The notes under the pieces were generated by a model. The model was not told the origin of the DNA. It did no database searches and saw only the letters and a list, made by a program, of their open reading frames with translations. The translations under genes were made by a program, and so were the position numbers. Of a stretch of 64,000 bases of DNA, positions 50,301 through 64,000 are shown in pieces; position 1 is the first letter of the stretch, and the number at the start of each line of letters is the position of its first letter. Source of the stretch: the human T2T-CHM13v2.0 reference genome, Homo sapiens; NCBI RefSeq assembly GCF_009914755.1, contig NC_060927.1; one strand, written 5' to 3'.

Positions 50301-52851
50301 ATAAAGTAGGAGGTGATGGTTTACAGGATCAGCAAGATGAGAAGAAAGGCCCTTTGGAATCAAGGGAGAGCATGCAGGCAAGGCTGAGGAATTGAAGTAA
50401 TAATAGAAAGCTAGTCAGTGAAGCAGTACTTTAGTCAAATGCAAAAGAGATTATACGGAGCACAGAGGGCAGTCTAGGACTTTTACAAAACTAAGGATGT
50501 TGATTTTTCCCCCATATTGAGAGAATTGCTTTTAATAGTCATCTCTTTAAGTGTGTTAACAATCCTTGAAGGCTGATATTAATAATTTCATTTTAGACAT
50601 CAAAACTGAGATTTTTTTTTGAGAGTAAGCAATGTGATTCCAAAGATATAACCTGGCTTTAAAACCTGCAGCCTTTCTACTATTACCATCTTGTTTTTTA
50701 ATGTTTGTCCTGACTGATTAGCTAATTTTAAAAATGCTTTAACTTCCTTTGATTAGGCAATATTATTTATAGATTGAACTGGCTTGCTGAATTGTTACAT
50801 GTTACGTAATGTAATATGAACCATGTCAATGTCAGCTGATTATAACTCACACTTGCGGTATTCAAGAGGCAGGAAGTGAAAGCTATAAGTTTTCTGTAAT
50901 CATTGTCACAAATGTAATCGCAGCTATTGTTTCTTCTGTAAGATTCTCATTGAAGTAAATGAAAATGAAGACAAATGAAAACGAAGACATCAATAAGACT
51001 GATCCTTCATTGTAAAAAGCTAAAACAGGAAAGCAGTATCAGGATTAAATAAGACATCTATATTAAAATATTTCTTCTATGAAGTGGATAGGTTAGAAGA
51101 ATATGAAATTATTATTAGATCCTCTTAAGCTAACTTATCTATCTAGATTAACTTGAAACTGGCCATTCAGCAAAGTGCAAACTATTAATAACACATTCAG
51201 GTTAAAATGAAATATACCTAAGATTTGTTTTTGCCATTCTTAGGCATCCAAAAGTTCTGATTGGTATCCCAAAGGCCCAACATCCCAATTGTACCAAAAC
51301 TTTGAATACAGTTCAAAATAAGTACACTTAAAATTAGCAAAGTCTATGTCAAAACAGTAAAATATCCTTATATTTATGATGATTGCTTTTTATCTCTATA
51401 GTTGTTTTTGGTCTCGTTTTTACAGGCAGGTGAATATAATGACTTGTTGCACTTATAAAATACTTCAGTCCCACTGCAGAATCTGTGGATCATCCTTACA
51501 GTCGCTGCCTCATGAGCAATGCTACATATTAGTATTTTTTGAAAAGACTTTAGGCAATCTCTTCAATTTTATTTATTTTGGCACTTGGAATCTCTCTTCA
51601 TATTAAATTGTAGAAAAAGCAGCTCTGTAATTATTTTCAGTCCCCAAAAGTTCAGTCTTTTCAAGAATAAAAAAGTGTATTATGTTTAAAATGAATGTAT
51701 AGAAGTATAATTAGTATATTTGTATTTTCTTTCATCATAGACCATTGAAATAAGTAGCAGAAAATGACTTTGCTTTTTTACTTTAAAACTCAGTAAGGGA
51801 TGAAAGTTGGTAGGTAATAAAACATATTAAATGTAATCAAGAATACTGACTGTCTAAATGTACGCTATAAATAAAATTATTTCCAACCTCTCTATTACCA
51901 TAAACTATTAGAATAGTATTTTCAAAGAAGGTGAATGAGTAAGACCATAATTTTTGTAACATTAAACATAAGAAGTCCTAGATCTATTATGTCTTGCTTA
52001 TGTATCAATTATCTTTGATATTATGTGGATTCTTCTTCTGAATTATCAGTGTTACTAAAAAAAAGAAAGAGACAGAAAGATTTGAAATGAAGTAGGCTTA
52101 TTTACTTATATATTATTTGCTCTGAAGGGTAAAAGCCAACTAAATGGACTTACAAACATACGGAAAAATTAATGTATAGGATATTTTTCCAACCAAAGGA
52201 TTAAATAATATGAAAGAGAAACACTAATATTAGTCAAACAGAGCTACCTTTACCCTAGAGAGTTATTAAAGTCTAGATGTGTTTTATATGCAAAATGGCC
52301 TGTCAGGATTATGGAAAAAAATTCTGACACCTGCTTCTCATCAGTGCCCCAGAAACAAAGGTGAAGAAATGGGTTTCTGAGCATGGGACTGCATTGCTTC
52401 CTGGGTTTGTCTTAAAAATACATGTGTTTTTATGTGGCATTTTCATACTTATGTATGAGTCTTTCATTCGTTTAAGGCAGAAAAAGTGCCAGTAAAAGTA
52501 AATGTCTAGTGCTAAAACAAAATACACCCTTTTCAGGATAAAACTGGCAACAAGCATTTTATTATGTTGTAAGAGAACATTTTTACTGTTTTCTCATATA
52601 CTGTTACATCTCTCTACATTCTGTGTTCACCAAAAATTTAAAAATCACTAGTCCTGAAATTATGAAAATCGGCCACTAGAATATTTGACTAATATATTTT
52701 TAGAATTATAGTCTTACATAGAGCCAAATAGCAGACTAGAATAAAAGGGATTATTTTAATATATTTTCAAACAATGCTTGGTAGGAAATGATAACATTTC
52801 TAGTTCAAGATCAAATATTTGAAACTTGAAGCCAGATTACTTTTGTAATCT

Positions 52852-52906
<55 letters not shown>
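52852..52906. repeat. Compound (TG)n(AG)n microsatellite
   Basis: About 10 TG units then about 17 AG units with one interruption. Confidence 0.95.
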
Positions 52907-52907
<1 letters not shown>

Positions 52908-53674
52908 TTGGCTTTCTGATTCAAAATACAGAACTTTTTCTTATATAAAATACGTGTTTAAGTAGACATACTGTGTCAGACACTATTAAAAAATGACTGA
53001 GATTATTCCAGCTGAATTAGAACCCTTCTCACAGATTATCACAGTGATTTGGCCCCCGATGAAATTTCTGAGAATTTTATACTTGTGATGTAACAAATTT
53101 TGTAAATGATTATTGTACTACTTTGTTTTGGTTTGAAATTTTAAACTCTTACAACTAGGTATGATAGGGTTAACATGTGGAACATCTTGAAGATTATATG
53201 GAAACTGAAGAAGTTACAGGTTTGCTGAGACAAGAACACTGAAGATAAGATTTGTAACACTCCCTCTTAGAAATGACCATGGAAAGATGATAAATGATAT
53301 TTACCTCATATGTCATGATAACTGTTTTTTAAAGAAGATATCTGTGCCCTCTGTTATCAGGGGTATGGGAACATGCATCACTTACAAACACTCAATCACC
53401 GTGACATAAAGAAATAGCAAACCTTGAACATGTCAGAACAGTGCCTGTTCAATCTACTTCTGTTTCTTGAACACCGAGTTTATTCTCAATATTGTATCCC
53501 CAAAACAAGTGGTCTTTAGAATATGATGTTTACTTTCTGGTGAGACTTTTGTGAAACATGTAAGCGGGTATATGAGTATACACAGTATGTAACAATTTAA
53601 TAAAAATATATTTTAGAGGCAAAAACTATTTCGATAGAACAGCAATGTATCTGTAGTTGTATCTTTACTTAAAC

Positions 53675-53815
53675 TGTTAATATTTATTGAATGCTTTCTA
53701 TATGCCAGATGCTTTGCTAAGAGCTCATATTAAACACAGGCTGGTACTGTTTTTACTCCCATTTTACAGATACAAAAACTGAGGCATAAAGAGATTAAGG
53801 AGTTCAAGGTTTCCC
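53675..53815 (-). mobile_element. MIR
   Basis: atttattgaatgctttctatatgccagatgctttgctaag...cccattttacagatacaaaaactgaggc. Confidence 0.8.
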
Positions 53816-55044
53816 AGATGTAGTTCTACCTTAAGTATAATTTACCACATTATTTGAATTTTCTGATACTAAATTCAATTGGCTTAGGTTACTGGTGTTA
53901 GCACTCTTGTCCGTGATCTTTATAAAGTATACACTTTTCATCTCCATGAAAAAGAGGAAGTAGTTTGGGTTGATTTAACATTGACTTTGAAATGACGTAT
54001 TTGTTCTTCTGTAGTAATATAGTATTTTTCTGGGGGAAAATTTGACCCTTGTTTCTAAAGAATGCATGAAATTTCTGCAAAGATCCTATCTATATTAAAC
54101 ATGGGTTGTATTCCAAACATTTATGAAAGACTAGTGTACAAGTAAAATTGGATAGTTATCTCAAAGTTACTAGAAAATTCTAGCTGTGCTCAGAAAAAGT
54201 CTTGTTTTGTAGGTATTTGCAACTTTTTCAGAGTTGCATTATCTGTGTGTAAAATATAAACAAGAATTCTGACCTCTATTCTTAACTGTTGCACCAGATG
54301 TTTCTCAAAATAAACGATATTGTCTGAGTGCTCTATAAACAGATTCCAACCTGAATGCCTCCTTTTAGCGTCCCTCCCAATTTAACACATAAATATGAAC
54401 TCTATTTTCTTTTCAGACAAAACCTGTATAGTGTAACTTTTTTTACGAGAAAACAGTGAAATGTAGCATTATAATCTGTGAAAAACAAGCAGGATCTTGG
54501 CAGGCAGAGTCTAGCAAGGAAGTCTTGTGTTTTGGCTGAACATACTCTGGACTTTTATCTTGGCTAAAGCTTTTTTTAAAAGAACATGCCTTAAAATAAT
54601 TTGTTTCTGCTGCTCTATGCTAGATTTTGAAGAGTTTTATTTAGTGCCTGGACTCCTGGTCTATGAGGAATGTGAAGTCTGTATACAAAACCATTATACT
54701 GATGACACTTTAAGGAACTTCTAAGATGGTAGTAAATTTGTGTTCTTTATATAAATTATAGAATGATGTACAAGAATGGTTAGGTAACCTTTTTAAAAGG
54801 TGAATAGTCCTGCTGGCAAGAAACATAAATATGAACCTCAGAAAAAAATGCATCACAGAAGTCCATTTTTAAATAGGTGCTCCTGGAAATATTTCAAATG
54901 TTGTAAGCAAAAAATCAAAACACAGAACTTCAGGAAGATAAAAACGAATTAACAACCTTGCTTTTTGACTATAGACTCCCATTAAATGCTAAATAAACAC
55001 ATTATACATGTGTGGGATATTTATCTAAGTTCTTATGGTCAGTT

Positions 55045-55150
55045 AATAGTAATAGAATACACTGTAATACTAGCTACATGTATTAATGACTTACTGGGTG
55101 ACAGACATTTTGCTTCGAGTATATTATTTCATTTAATCCTGAAATAACCC
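55045..55150 (-). mobile_element. MIR fragment
   Basis: tagctacatgtattaatgacttactgggtgacagaca...atattatttcatttaatcct. Confidence 0.6.
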
Positions 55151-56552
55151 TAATCGGTATTGTAAGTTTACCATGAAAACAGATTAATGTGAGCACCTTA
55201 ATTTTTTGACCTGTTGTGCCACTGGTTAGTCCAGTAGAGAGCCATAAATTGAGCAGAGAGCCTTAATTGCTCAGGGACTCGGTGATAGGCCTAAATAGTC
55301 ATGAGGGATTTCACTAGATCATTCAACTCTTTAAAATTGTGGCCTAAGACAGATAGGAACTGTGATCTCTAGGGATAAGAGGCTAATACATTAAACTTGT
55401 ATACCATCTTGCTTTTGGCATTTACCATTTCGCCCTTGTATTCCATTTTATCTAATAAAATTCAAGGCACTTGGAGTTTTTTAAACGTGGATATTGCTGA
55501 AAGTTTCATCTAACTGGGCAAAGGCTACAAGTTATGATTTAGTTGTTAATTAGACTTAAAGAACAAAGCTAATGCTGTTCCATTTAGTGAGAAAGGCCTC
55601 TGAGGACCTGAGAACTGACCAATATTGGTTCTCCTGCTGGGAAAACACTATGCATAAACAAGTCCCCAGGGCTTCATTACTGGGCCTTTTACACAAACAC
55701 AAAATGCATCTTAGTTTATTTGAAAATCCTTACAATGAAGCTTTATTGCATATCTATAAATTTTTCACGTTGACATGTCAAAGACTTGTAAAAGTATACT
55801 GGCGAGAGAACGATAAACATTATAAATAACACTTTCCCTTTAAATGTAAGATGATTGTAGATAGTACACAGCATGGTCATAAAATGAATACAGTTCTGTT
55901 TGGGGAAGCAATTGTGGGAATGAGTAGTAATGTCTAAACAGGATGGCAAACTCTTTATTGAGAAAGTAAGCAATGTAACATTATTTAGCGAAGTTGGATA
56001 TGCAATTTTTGAAGATTAGGAGACAAGGTATGTCATTTTATTTGGTGATTTTATTAAAAGACAGTTCAAAAATAAATTTTAAATGTCAATATATTCTCAA
56101 TGATATTATTCTATCTTTGCAAGTATTTTTAGTGTTCTGCCTTATGTGTATGTTTTAATATGCTGAACATGATTCTTTATTTAAAAAAAGGGAAAGTACA
56201 TTTTCCTAAGAATTTAAAATGTAATTCCTTCATTTCATAAAGTCCGTGGGTCATACTACTACAAATTTCTCTACTTTGCCATGTTTTTTATACATATTTC
56301 TTAGGACCAATTCCTATAGAATAAGTATAACTTTAAATGTTGAATGTAGCTATTCAAGTTTGGTCATCATTGGAATGTTAGTATTTCTATTTATCTACCA
56401 ACTAATTTGAACCACTGAGTAAACATTCTTAGCTAAAAATTGTTTCAGTTATTTTCTACTGGTCATGCAGATATCAAATGTGGGGCTCTAAACTCAGTTA
56501 TTTCTCATTAAATTTGGAAAATCTTTTCCATTTTATGAACAAACACAATTCC

Positions 56553-56908
<356 letters not shown>

Positions 56909-57175
56909 TAAAATATGTTCACAGAAGCACCTGGTCTGTGAATGGCATGCCAGCATTAAAAAAAATAAGCATTCTTTGAATATATATTTAGTTTTTTAAT
57001 GTGGTAGGAAAATCAAAGCCAGAGGGAGTAGAAACAAAATTTGTGATTTTCTAAATACTTCTTGGCTGCAGGGAAGAAACCACGTCCCAGGCGAAGTCCT
57101 ACCTAATTTGATGATAAAATTACATGGAAGGGATTCTTGTTGGCATGAGGACCTACCAAGATGGTCAACAGATAA

Positions 57176-57429
57176 TTCAAAAAAAAAAAAAATTTAGAGA
57201 TAAGGTCTTGTTCTGTTGTCCAGACCAGGTTGTAGTGCAGTGGCTCTATCATAGCTCACTGCAGCTTTGAACACCTGGGCTCAAGCGATCCTCCTACCTC
57301 AGCCTCCTGAGTAGCTGGGAATACAATAGTACACCACCATGCCCAGCTAAGTTTTTTTTTTTTTTAAAGACAGGGTCTTGCTATGTTGCCTAGGCTGGTC
57401 TCAGACTTCTATCTAACCTCAAGTGATTC
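57176..57429 (-). mobile_element. 5'-truncated AluJ
   Basis: atcatagctcactgcagc...gggctcaagcgatcctcctacc. Perfect 10-bp TSD caacagataa (57166-57175 / 57430-57439). Confidence 0.9.
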
Positions 57430-60400
57430 CAACAGATAACTTTTGATGAATGTGAGAACCTTTGTAATCTTCTATGTACTTACATTAACCAAGTAATTTC
57501 ACAGACAAATTTCCTTCTTTTTGCTAATTGGGCCATGACCTTGGAGTAGCAAAGGGTGAGGACAGGTCATGACCTAATCAGCACAGGGAAATAAAATTAT
57601 ATCATCCCTCTGGTTTAAGAATTTGCACCATAGGGAATTGCTCTTTGAACAAGTTCTTGTTCTGACTGATGCAAAACCCCTGATGTTTCTTAAAATTTAT
57701 ACAAATTTTTCCAGTTTCCATAAAACTGGAAGAAAAAAAAGAATAAAGTGAAGCCTACCCCCTCCTTTTTGAAGTTCTGCATACTAAGTATAGTGCTACT
57801 AGGAATTATTTATTTGACAAATAAGTATTCATCTGTTTTTTAATGTGAAAATCAGGAACTATATTTTCAGATATTTAGATTAATTTTATATTCTGTTTTG
57901 TTTTTCCCACACAACTGTCAAAATCAAAAGCAAATAAAAGCAAAGTAACATGTTGTGTGAGATGACAGTTGATGACAGACACCAATGGGCATGAATATTG
58001 ATTCAAATATTTTGTTTTTATTATTTCACATCCAACCCAGAAACATTTGTATAATAAGCTAGTTCTTATAGTTACAGTTGACAGTAGGATCAGTGGCAGC
58101 TTAATCCAATCAATCAATTTACAGACTTGCTCCAGATTCTCTGGGGGTCTCTCCACTGAAGATCTCTTCTTGTCATTGGCCCCATTCCTGCTAATTAATG
58201 CCTAGTTGTCCTGTGGTCCCTGGACCTACTGTTCTTTACGTAAGTTCACTTATGCCAAACTTAACATGGCTATTAGTTACCTTTGGCAGCTCCTTTCTTT
58301 GGCTGTTACTTAATCTCACTTCCATACTTTCTGGTTACTTCAGACTCCTTCTTACATTAAAATCTTCTGATTACATATACTAGATTTGTATTTAAGATTT
58401 ATTTTAGTGACTGCAGAAAAATGAGTTCATTTATTCAACTCAACAAGTTGAATTCATTACTTGAATTCATTACTGGGAATTCATTAATTGACATATGTAT
58501 ATTCATTGGGTAAATCTTGTTTATAAATCTCTTTTTACCAATTTGAAAAAGAACTCTAAAATTTTCTGGAATCAGTGTTAGGTTAACTGTGATTATTAGT
58601 TTATTCTGTCTTTGACCTGTTTTATTGTTTAAAACTTTGCCTGAAATGATTGATTTTTGGCCATTAGGACAAAATAGAAAATATAAAATTGCATTATTGG
58701 GTTATTAGAAATATGGCATTGGATGAAGGAATAGTTATAGTATAAAGCTTGATTTGTAATATTTTATTTCTATCACAAATGCATTTTTATAGTAATCATT
58801 GTATTAGTATAAATATTTAATTTCCATTGTTGGAAATTAAATATTACATGGCTCTTGGAAGAAAGAATTTCATAATATAGGGGCAATGTAATTAGGATTT
58901 TGCATGTTGGAAATGGCAGTAAAATCTATCAATATATTCCCTTTTATAAATCTCAACCCATGAGAGAAATGTGGTGTTGCTTCCTTTCAGTGCCTAACCA
59001 CCCCTTCAAATATGTTTTTCTCCTAGTTTCATTACATTCAGGTAAATAGGACGCTATACAGAGTATAAATCTAATATTCTTTTTTCCCCGTTAAATTTGC
59101 CATATGAGCAATTTGTCATTGCATCTTTTTATATTATATCTGACTTGTTTACAAAATGTAGAACATTTTATTATCTTGATTTTTACATGTCCAATACTTT
59201 GGTGAAATGGAGAATTACAGGAAGTCAATCAATGAAATATTAAGCAGTTATAAACAGAATGATGTAAACATTTTTCAAAGGAAATTTTATTTAAGTTAGG
59301 TTTATATAGCTTTTTCTCTTTCAAATGAAGGTAAATGCACTGATGAGCAGTTCAAGAAAAAAAATCTAAACTGACAGTAAAATTGCAAATGAAATTAAGG
59401 AAAAAGGAACAGATAACACAAAATAATTTTAAAGATTCTCTTCTTTTTAACAATTGGACATTTAAAGTTCCTGGAAGTATAGTTCACAGCAAACATTTTA
59501 AATCTGTCTTATCTATATTAATAAAACATTCTAGGCTTGCTTTATAAGAAAACTTTTTAGAACGAAATATAAGCAGTTTTAGACTTCCAGATATAGCTTA
59601 TAATAATTGTCTGTACTTGCCTTGCAAAATTATATTACAAGAAGAAGCACACTTGTTATAGAAGTGCTGAATTGTATGGAACCTAAATCTGTCAAGTTAC
59701 CTGTCTTTCAGGTCCGTCTCCCCACCTACCAGACCTCATTATATTATCCCGAAAAGAACACGATCTCTTTAAGGCTAGGCAAGTATTGCGCTGATGAGCC
59801 AGGGACTGCCCACCAATTGGCAGGCCCATTGGGTGATAAATGTCCAAGGACCTCTAGGCTGACGACACATTTTTCATCATTAATCCAGCCTATTGTAACC
59901 AGGGCCACTCACATTGATTCGGACTAGGGGGCATCATCTGCTGTTAAGAGGGTGATGACTCGCTAAAAATGAAGGCCTGAAACTAATCAAATATATTTAG
60001 AGCCTTCCCTGGCAACTTGCTGGGAGAGCAGCAGTAGACAGCTAATAGGGGAGCCCCAGACAGGTAGCGCGGTGCTCACCATGCTTTGTATGGGAATGTG
60101 AGAAATCCATTTGGAAGCCTGTTGTGTAATTCCAGCTATTATACATTGTAGTACGAATGTCTGTAGGATTAGTCCAATACTACGGTATTTGAATGTTGCA
60201 TTAAAAATGTAGTTGAGAAATACCCTGCTTTTTTTTTTTTTTTTTAACCTGGAACTCAATTACAAAGAACAGAGAATTCGCAAACCCAGATCTCTTTGGA
60301 ATTGCTAAATTGTTTTTGTGTTTTTGAAAGTTTGCAACAGATGGTTTGAGACATATGCTTAATATTTATTTTACTGAAGTTGCAAAATTTGATGAGGAGG

Positions 60401-61569
60401 GCATCTTTTTTTTTTCCATTTGCAGAACTCAACAAATAGTTATGTTTTGCTCTTTTATACTTTTTAAAACCTAATTAATGTGTACTTAATCAGAATATAC
60501 TTAAATACATTGTGGCAGTTCAAGGGCATATGTACATGTTATTTATTGATTTTTATTATTAATTCATGCATATATATTCATTTTAGATAAATCTTTATTA
60601 TTTTAATTTGCATTAATAAAAAATGGCTTGAGTTAAGTCATAGGTGGAGTTGCAAACTTGTTTGCCTTAGGCAAATGTAGAAAAATATGTTCTTTATTTC
60701 CTGCTTACACCTGATTAAGCAAAATCAGGTACAAGTAGGAAATAGATTTAACTGATTAGACTCGTTCAATGGAAAATTTCACTTATATATTGAGCCTAAT
60801 ATATCAAAAAAGGGCAAAATATGAGAACAATTTGGCTTAATTAAAAAAAAGGAGACCTAATGAAATTGCTTTTGATAAAGAAGAAGGTAGAGAAAAAAAA
60901 ACAAGAAAAAGAAAAAGTAAAATGAATAATGCAGACCCTCCAATTGTTCAAGCAGTCCTAATGTTCTACACAGGAAACCACTATCTTCTAAAATATTTTA
61001 TGGAATCATGAAAAAATATTTCTGCTGGGTGGGAAGGCTTCCGTGTGATTTCTCTTGAAGAAAGTCTTCAATCCCATTTTGAAATCTCAATTCCTCCAAA
61101 TTCCAAAGCTGAAATTTCACACCTTTCATGTTTGCAAGTTTTAATGAGAATTATATGTATACTTAGGTATCAACTGCTTCTAGTGTTGGATGAGCTTAGG
61201 TGGAAAGCTTCATTAATGAGCAATAGACAACCTCACTGAATCTACTTCGCAATGAATATTCAGTCTGGAGTTCATCTTAACTGGGTCCATGAGGCACACT
61301 GCCAAAAAGCAACTTGCTATTAAGCATCAGGTAGGAGCAGAAAAGAGACTGGGTAAAATAATTACGTTCTTTAAAAAACAAGTTTGATTATGGAATCTAT
61401 TTAGGTCCTGTTGGTTCTAGTGAAGTTGAGTCAGGGCTAGTAAGAAAATGTCTGGAAAAAGAGGAACTGATTTGAACACTGCTGACCTTTATGCTTCTGC
61501 CATCAGAAAGGGGGTGAGACTTCAACAGCCAATGCAAAGGAAGCTGAGAAAAAATCAATTTAGCTTTCT

Positions 61570-61855
61570 CTGCTAGACAGAATAAAGGTCTCTAAAGATA
61601 TCCATGTTCTAATTCCCAGAAACCGTGAACTGTTATTTTATGGCTCAAAAGGGATTGTACAGATTTGATTTAATTAGGGCCTTGAAATGGGAGGTTATCT
61701 CAGGTTATCTGGGTGTGGCCAGTCTAGTTACATGCACCTAGAATGTGGAGAACCTTCCCCTTTTGTATTCAAAGGGAGATGTAATTATGGAAGGCAGGTC
61801 AGAGAGATACAACATTGCTCTCTTTGAAGATGGGGGTGAGGGGGAATGAGCTAAG
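61570..61855 (+). mobile_element. Partial MLT1D/E-like LTR (5' half)
   Basis: agacagaataaaggtctctaaagatatccatgttctaattcccagaaacc...cttgaaatgggaggttatc...ctttgaagatgg. Confidence 0.75.
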
Positions 61856-61859
61856 TCTA

Positions 61860-62022
61860 TTTGTGTATTTGTACTCCAGGCCCTAGCTAGAATGCCAGCT
61901 TCACAGGGGCCAGAATTTTGTCCTATTCACATTTGTATCACTGGCACCCAGTACAGTGCCTGACACATAGTAGGTGCTTCATAAATATTTGATTGAATAA
62001 GTGAACTAGTGAACAAATGAAT
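61860..62022 (+). mobile_element. L2a 3' end
   Basis: gcacccagtacagtgcctgacacatagtaggtgcttcataaatatttgattgaat. Confidence 0.85.
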
Positions 62023-62164
62023 CGATTACTACGGGCACAGTTTTTCAAATTTTGATAACCCATAAGCATAAAGAAATTGCATGATCTCCTTGTTACTTAC
62101 ATTCTTTATTTATAAATAATGTCTATTCATCATACATTAAAGCAAGGGGTGATTGATAGAGAAT

Positions 62165-62470
62165 AGCAGGAAGGCCTGGTCAGGGTGGTCAGCACTGAGA
62201 AGGAAACATTTAAGTTGAAACTCAAGGATGAGAAAGACTCAGTCTTATAAAGACCTAGGGGAAGGAAATTTTAGACAGCAAAAACCACCTGCTTAAACTT
62301 CCTGAGATGAAAAAGCAGTTGGCTGATTTAAAGCAATGAAAGAAGGTCCGGTGGCTGGAGAGCAGTGAACAAAGGCTAGAGTTAACTAATGGGAGGTTAG
62401 AAGGTCATTGTGGCAATGTCCCAATAGTGGGACACTTGAGGACCAAAGGAATGAGTTCAGATTGTACATG
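62165..62470 (-). mobile_element. L2 fragment
   Basis: ctgagaaggaaacatttaagttgaaac...gaaggtccggtggctggagagcagtgaacaaagg. Confidence 0.65.
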
Positions 62471-62520
62471 GCTTTTTCAGCCGGGCCCCAAAATATTTCT
62501 TAGAAAGACATTTTATTTAC

Positions 62521-62842
<322 letters not shown>

Positions 62843-63522
62843 TTACCAAGTATTTTGTAAAAATATGCTCTATGTTAATGTCCTTGGCATTCAATGGTCC
62901 CTACCCTCAAAGATTCCAGACTCAAGGGAGACAAGTGTGTAAACAGATAAATAAAATACAGGGTGATACATACAAATGACATTGTAACCAACAGCAATGA
63001 TTCCCAGCAGGATAATATTCAGTGGAAGATAAAGTGTTTGCTCCTCTGGTGAAAGATATTTTATCATCTCATGCAAGATTCCTTCCTGGATTTTTATCTC
63101 TTTGAGGCAGTACCCACTCCTTCACTTTTTCATGCAATTGTTTTCCCTCTTATTTTGCCATACCTTGGAGTTTTTATCTAACAAGTCTTAAATCATCATT
63201 GCCTGTTTCCCTTGGAAACCAAGGAGAACCTGGTTGAACACCAGTTGGGGAAATAGGGATGTTGCCTGAGCTTGCAGATGGTAGGAGCAGACACAGTCAG
63301 CCACCAGTCTTTAAATGACGGTGGTCAGGAGGTGACCAGGGAGCCACCACAAGCATATTCAGAGAAAAATCATATAGGCAAGTTCAGCTGTTTTTATTAC
63401 AGGTTGAAAGTCAGTGATTTCTTAGCCAAAATGGTTGATGTCTTGTTCTTTAGCTGATTCATCTATTCATAGCGGACACTCAGTGACTGAGGCTGTTTTT
63501 ATTCTGATGGACTCAGTCACCA

Positions 63523-63833
<311 letters not shown>

Positions 63834-64000
63834 TAGTTATTCTTTATATTCCATTGAAATATACTCTTAGAGATATTGTAATGGAAATATTCTTATTACA
63901 TATTATTGCATGCAACAAGTAAGTGAATAAAAGAGCAGGATTTTATTTATATAAATTTAAAAATTATACACTTTTAGATGTATAAGTATGTATAAAAACG

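Overview
AT-rich primate genomic DNA, most likely human because it carries a SINE-R with SVA_F-type diagnostic bases. It reads like the inside of a very large intron or a gene desert. I can support no protein-coding gene, RNA gene or CpG-island promoter, and I cannot name a host gene. All ORFs in the supplied track are either repeat-derived (Alu, SVA, L1, L2) or chance ORFs. Supported content is interspersed repeats: 14 Alu insertions (11 on the minus strand), a young 5'-truncated SVA_F-like element, L1 3' ends, MLT1 LTRs, MER2/MER5A/MER33 DNA transposons, L2/L3/MIR relics and several simple repeats. The most interesting object is the SVA at 28321-29483. It has no target-site duplication (possible insertion-mediated deletion) and carries a tight cluster of A>G changes, all in ADAR-preferred contexts. 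Lower-confidence leads are a possible alternative promoter/first exon near 10.2 kb, candidate cryptic or micro-exons, enhancer-like blocks and perfect palindromes. I found no convincing evidence of a new multi-component biological system. Subfamily calls come from remembered consensus sequences, and boundaries of old repeats are approximate.
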